From Actinomycetes bacterium (GTDB lineage Bacteria; Actinomycetota; Actinomycetes; S36-B12), in contig JBAXJN010000003.1 of NCBI GenBank assembly GCA_037137855.1, forward strand, positions 1-50,139: DNA of 50,139 nucleotides, in the 5' to 3' direction. Below the pieces are notes generated by a model. It did no database searches and was not told the origin of the DNA. It saw only the letters and a list, made by a program, of their open reading frames with translations. Shown here piece by piece: positions 47,703-50,139 of this stretch. The translations under genes were made by a program, and so were the position numbers. Each line of letters opens with the position of its first letter. Position 1 is the first letter of the stretch.

Positions 47703-48292
47703 CAGCGGCCTCCGTTGACCCGGCCACTGTGCCTGTGTCCAACGATAAAATCATCAATTTACCCAATGCCCTCACGGCGCTGCGCCTCGTAGCAGTCCCT
47801 GTTCTTATCTGGCTTCTGGCAACTGACACAGAATCAGCGCGTATTTGGGCGACGCTTGTTTTCATTTTGGCCGCAATCACTGATCTGATGGACGGGGCAA
47901 TCGCGAGAAAACGCGGCCAAGTCACTTCGTTTGGCAAACTGGCCGATCCGATTGCCGACAAGGCTCTGATAGGCACTGCGCTCATCGGTTTATCACTACT
48001 AGGTGACTTGGCGTGGTGGATCACTATCGTGATTCTGGCAAGGGAACTTGGTGTGACGGTTTTGCGCATGTGGGTGGTACGTCACGGGGTAATTGCGGCA
48101 TCGCGCGGAGGTAAGGCGAAAACGCTAGCGCAAGTCATCGCCATCAGCATGTTTTTATACCAACCCCCAGATGTGAGTTGGTGGAGTTCACTTGCAGACG
48201 GGGTAATGGCGATCGCCGTCGTGCTCACGCTGATAACCGGTGCGAACTATGTAACACGGGCCCTCACACTGCGACGCGTTTCGAAGGGCTAG
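47699..48292 (+). CDS. pgsA: CDP-diacylglycerol--glycerol-3-phosphate 3-phosphatidyltransferase
   Basis: NLPNALTALR, D..DG.IAR....TSFGKLADPIADK CDP-alcohol phosphotransferase motif, GKAKT..Q. Confidence 0.95.
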   Translation: MTAASVDPATVPVSNDKIINLPNALTALRLVAVPVLIWLLATDTESARIWATLVFILAAITDLMDGAIARKRGQVTSFGKLADPIADKALIGTALIGLSLLGDLAWWITIVILARELGVTVLRMWVVRHGVIAASRGGKAKTLAQVIAISMFLYQPPDVSWWSSLADGVMAIAVVLTLITGANYVTRALTLRRVSKG

Positions 48293-48298
48293 CTAAAA

Positions 48299-48760
48299 AT
48301 GCAACGTGAACTCATCGCTATGGCTAGCCATCTTGGTGTGACCATTGCTACCGCAGAGTCGCTGACTGCTGGCCTAGTCGCTTCAAAACTTGCAGAGGTG
48401 CCTGGAGCTTCGGCTGTCCTTCGAGGAGGAATCGTTGCCTATGCAACGGACATAAAAGGATCAGTCCTGGGGCTTGATCCGTTGCTTCTTGAGCACGTGG
48501 TCAGTGAGCCTGTCGCCGCAGCAATGGCTTCGGGTGCGACAAGAGTGCTGTCGGCCGATATTGGGGTTTCCACCACAGGCGTTGCCGGGCCAGATCCCCT
48601 AGACGGTCAGCCCCCCGGCACCGTGTGGCTGGCTGCTTATGACGCTCGAAATGGCCGAAGCAAGACCAAATTATTAGCAATTGAAGGCGATCGTGATCAA
48701 ATCCGAGAAAAGTCAGCCGATGCGGCCATTGCCCTAGCAATGGAACTTTTGTCCCATTAA
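48299..48760 (+). CDS. cinA: CinA C-terminal domain protein / NMN deamidase (PncC-like)
   Basis: ATAESLTAG, PGAS....GGIVAY....K, STTGVAGP; no N-terminal MoCF domain. Confidence 0.88.
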   Translation: MQRELIAMASHLGVTIATAESLTAGLVASKLAEVPGASAVLRGGIVAYATDIKGSVLGLDPLLLEHVVSEPVAAAMASGATRVLSADIGVSTTGVAGPDPLDGQPPGTVWLAAYDARNGRSKTKLLAIEGDRDQIREKSADAAIALAMELLSH

Positions 48761-48780
48761 GCGCGTCGGAGTGCCATTGG

Positions 48781-48806
48781 GGAATATCCTGAAAGCCGGG
48801 TGCGTT
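48781..48806 (+). promoter_or_regulatory. SigH/SigR-type ECF sigma promoter upstream of clgR
   Basis: GGAAT (48781-48785)-N18-GTT (48804-48806), matching the Streptomyces SigR consensus. Confidence 0.7.
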
Positions 48807-48810
48807 ACAG

Positions 48811-48837
48811 TTAGCAGTCAAGAGGGTTGAGTGCTAA
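48811..48837. promoter_or_regulatory. CIRCE element (HrcA operator)
   Basis: TTAGCAGTC-AAGAGGGTT-GAGTGCTAA versus consensus TTAGCACTC-N9-GAGTGCTAA: 17 of 18 positions match, spacer exact. Confidence 0.85.
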
Positions 48838-48873
48838 TCAGTGGGCACCCAGCATTGCCCGAGAGGAGGCCAG

Positions 48874-49161
48874 ATGATCGTGCTACGTGAAGTAATTGGC
48901 GATGAGTTGCGCCGTCGTCGTCAAGATCAGGGCCGCACTCTTCGCGATGTCTCTGCTGCTGCCGCGGTGTCATTGGGCTACCTCTCAGAGGTAGAACGAG
49001 GACAAAAAGAAGCCTCCAGCGAACTCTTGTCTGCAATTTGTGGCGCGCTCGAAGTCTCAATCGTGGATGTTCTGACCTCGGTCACCACTCACATTGTCGA
49101 AGCCGAAGATCCAATGAAGTTGAATTTCGACCAAGCCTCAAAAATCGCTATTCCTGTCTAA
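48874..49161 (+). CDS. clgR: ClgR-like XRE-family transcriptional regulator
   Basis: [22 protein letters not shown]....[26 protein letters not shown]; follows pgsA-cinA; SD GAGGAGG then ATG 48874. Confidence 0.88.
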   Translation: MIVLREVIGDELRRRRQDQGRTLRDVSAAAAVSLGYLSEVERGQKEASSELLSAICGALEVSIVDVLTSVTTHIVEAEDPMKLNFDQASKIAIPV

Positions 49162-49166
49162 GGCAT

Positions 49167-49358
49167 ATGCGCCTCACTGATTTTTGGGAACGCATGGATG
49201 AGGTCTTTGGGTCGGTCTATGCAGCATCCTGGGCTCATGATTTTGTTCTCCCTCCTTTTGGGTGCACGGTAATCCAAGCGATCGCCAGAGGCGAAGACAC
49301 TCGCGAAATTTGGCGTGCAGTGTGTGCCAGCGCTGAAGTACCCTCGATTTTGCGATAA
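49167..49358 (+). CDS. DUF3046-family protein
   Basis: MRLTDFWERMDEVFG..YA.SWA.D.VL....T..QAI..G...R.IWRAVC; start refined to ATG 49167. Confidence 0.85.
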   Translation: MRLTDFWERMDEVFGSVYAASWAHDFVLPPFGCTVIQAIARGEDTREIWRAVCASAEVPSILR

Positions 49359-49361
49359 CTC

Positions 49362-49688
49362 ATGTCGACACTGGTGTTTGACGGCGATTGCAGCTTTTGT
49401 CGAGAGCGTGCTCTTTGGCTACGCGAACACGATCGCAATGCTCTTGTCATCGTGGCTTGGCAAGAAGCAGATTTAGATTCCTTGAGTCTTACCGCGCAAG
49501 AGTGTGCTCAGGCAGTGCAATGGGTCGACGGTAACCATCACGCGGCAGGTGGTGCAGCTATAGCTAAATGTCTGACGAGCTGCAATCAGCCCTGGCGAAC
49601 TGCGGGTGCGGTGATGCAGTGGCCCGTTATCCGCGTTTTCACCGAGCTTGGTTATCGAGTGATAGCGGCGAATCGACGTTTCCTGTAA
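49362..49688 (+). CDS. DCC-family (DUF393) thiol-disulfide oxidoreductase-like protein
   Basis: N-terminal LVFDGDCSFC (DxxCxxC) and C-terminal Y.VIAANR. Confidence 0.88.
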   Translation: MSTLVFDGDCSFCRERALWLREHDRNALVIVAWQEADLDSLSLTAQECAQAVQWVDGNHHAAGGAAIAKCLTSCNQPWRTAGAVMQWPVIRVFTELGYRVIAANRRFL

Positions 49689-49730
49689 CGACACTCATGT
49701 ATATGAGCTGAGTTATGAGAGCTGAGCGCA

Positions 49731-50139
49731 CTAACGCTTCTTTAGCGCAGCAATCTTGATTGACATCGTTGATTTCGTCGTAACCATGCCGCGCTTTTGC
49801 ATCAAGTAGTAACTGGCTGCTGTGTTGGGTACCCCCACGAATGCAACAGTGCCATTCTTTGCCACAACTCCCGGACCAATCAGTTTGCCGTTACGACTCA
49901 AATACAACTTCGTGCCCGTTTGTGGAGTGGCAATTCGCAGTGTCACCTTGAGTTTTCCATCGGCCGCCAAAGTTTCCACAGCTACAGGAGACTTCAAAAC
50001 TGATGGTGCGCTCGTGCTCAAGATGCCAACTTGCCCAGGAGTAGTTGGCGCGACAGGCACCACAATACTTGGAGCAGTTGGCGTCACACTTGGAGTAGCC
50101 GGAGGTTTTGGCACCACCACGACAGGGGCAGAATCACCG
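49731..50139 (-). CDS. Partial hypothetical protein (C-terminus only); Pro/Thr/Val-rich linker then basic beta-rich domain, possibly exported
   Basis: Frame stays open to the window edge (..GDSAPVVVVPKPPATPSVTPTAP..); no competing plausible + strand gene. Confidence 0.65.
   Translation of the reverse strand, partial: GDSAPVVVVPKPPATPSVTPTAPSIVVPVAPTTPGQVGILSTSAPSVLKSPVAVETLAADGKLKVTLRIATPQTGTKLYLSRNGKLIGPGVVAKNGTVAFVGVPNTAASYYLMQKRGMVTTKSTMSIKIAALKKR

Noticed and set aside
48811-48846. HspR (HAIR) operator upstream of clgR
   Set aside because: TTGAGT is present but there is no ACTCAA partner at 7-nt spacing; CIRCE fits far better

Overview
Core-genome segment of a moderate-GC actinobacterium; a streamlined, freshwater Nanopelagicales-like lineage is plausible but is only my inference. 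Nearly all genes are on the + strand. Order: dnaE; his genes (hisD-C-B-H-priA/hisA-F, antisense TIGR03085-type gene, hisI); trp genes (trpE, two small membrane proteins, an inserted two-component system plus DUF2752, trpC-B-A); DsbA-like protein, lgt, gltB-gltD, pyk; pyr operon (pyrR-B-C-[37-codon ORF]-carA-carB-pyrK-pyrD-pyrF); mIHF, gmk, rpoZ, coaBC, metK, primosomal priA; ftsK, HTH-only RodZ-like gene, rimO, pgsA, cinA/pncC, clgR, DUF3046, DCC oxidoreductase and a partial minus-strand gene. I saw no rRNA, tRNA, CRISPR array, prophage or transposase, and no new multi-gene system. The notable signals are non-coding or very small: a near-perfect CIRCE operator plus SigH/SigR-type promoter before clgR, a 37-aa ORF overlapping both pyrC and carA, a probable CTG start for coaBC followed by a strong hairpin, a structured gltB leader, an inverted repeat with a micro-uORF at ftsK, a PyrR-binding RNA, a LacI-type site at pyk, a perfect 25-bp tandem duplication and many leaderless -10 promoters. 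All family assignments are by motif recognition, not database search.
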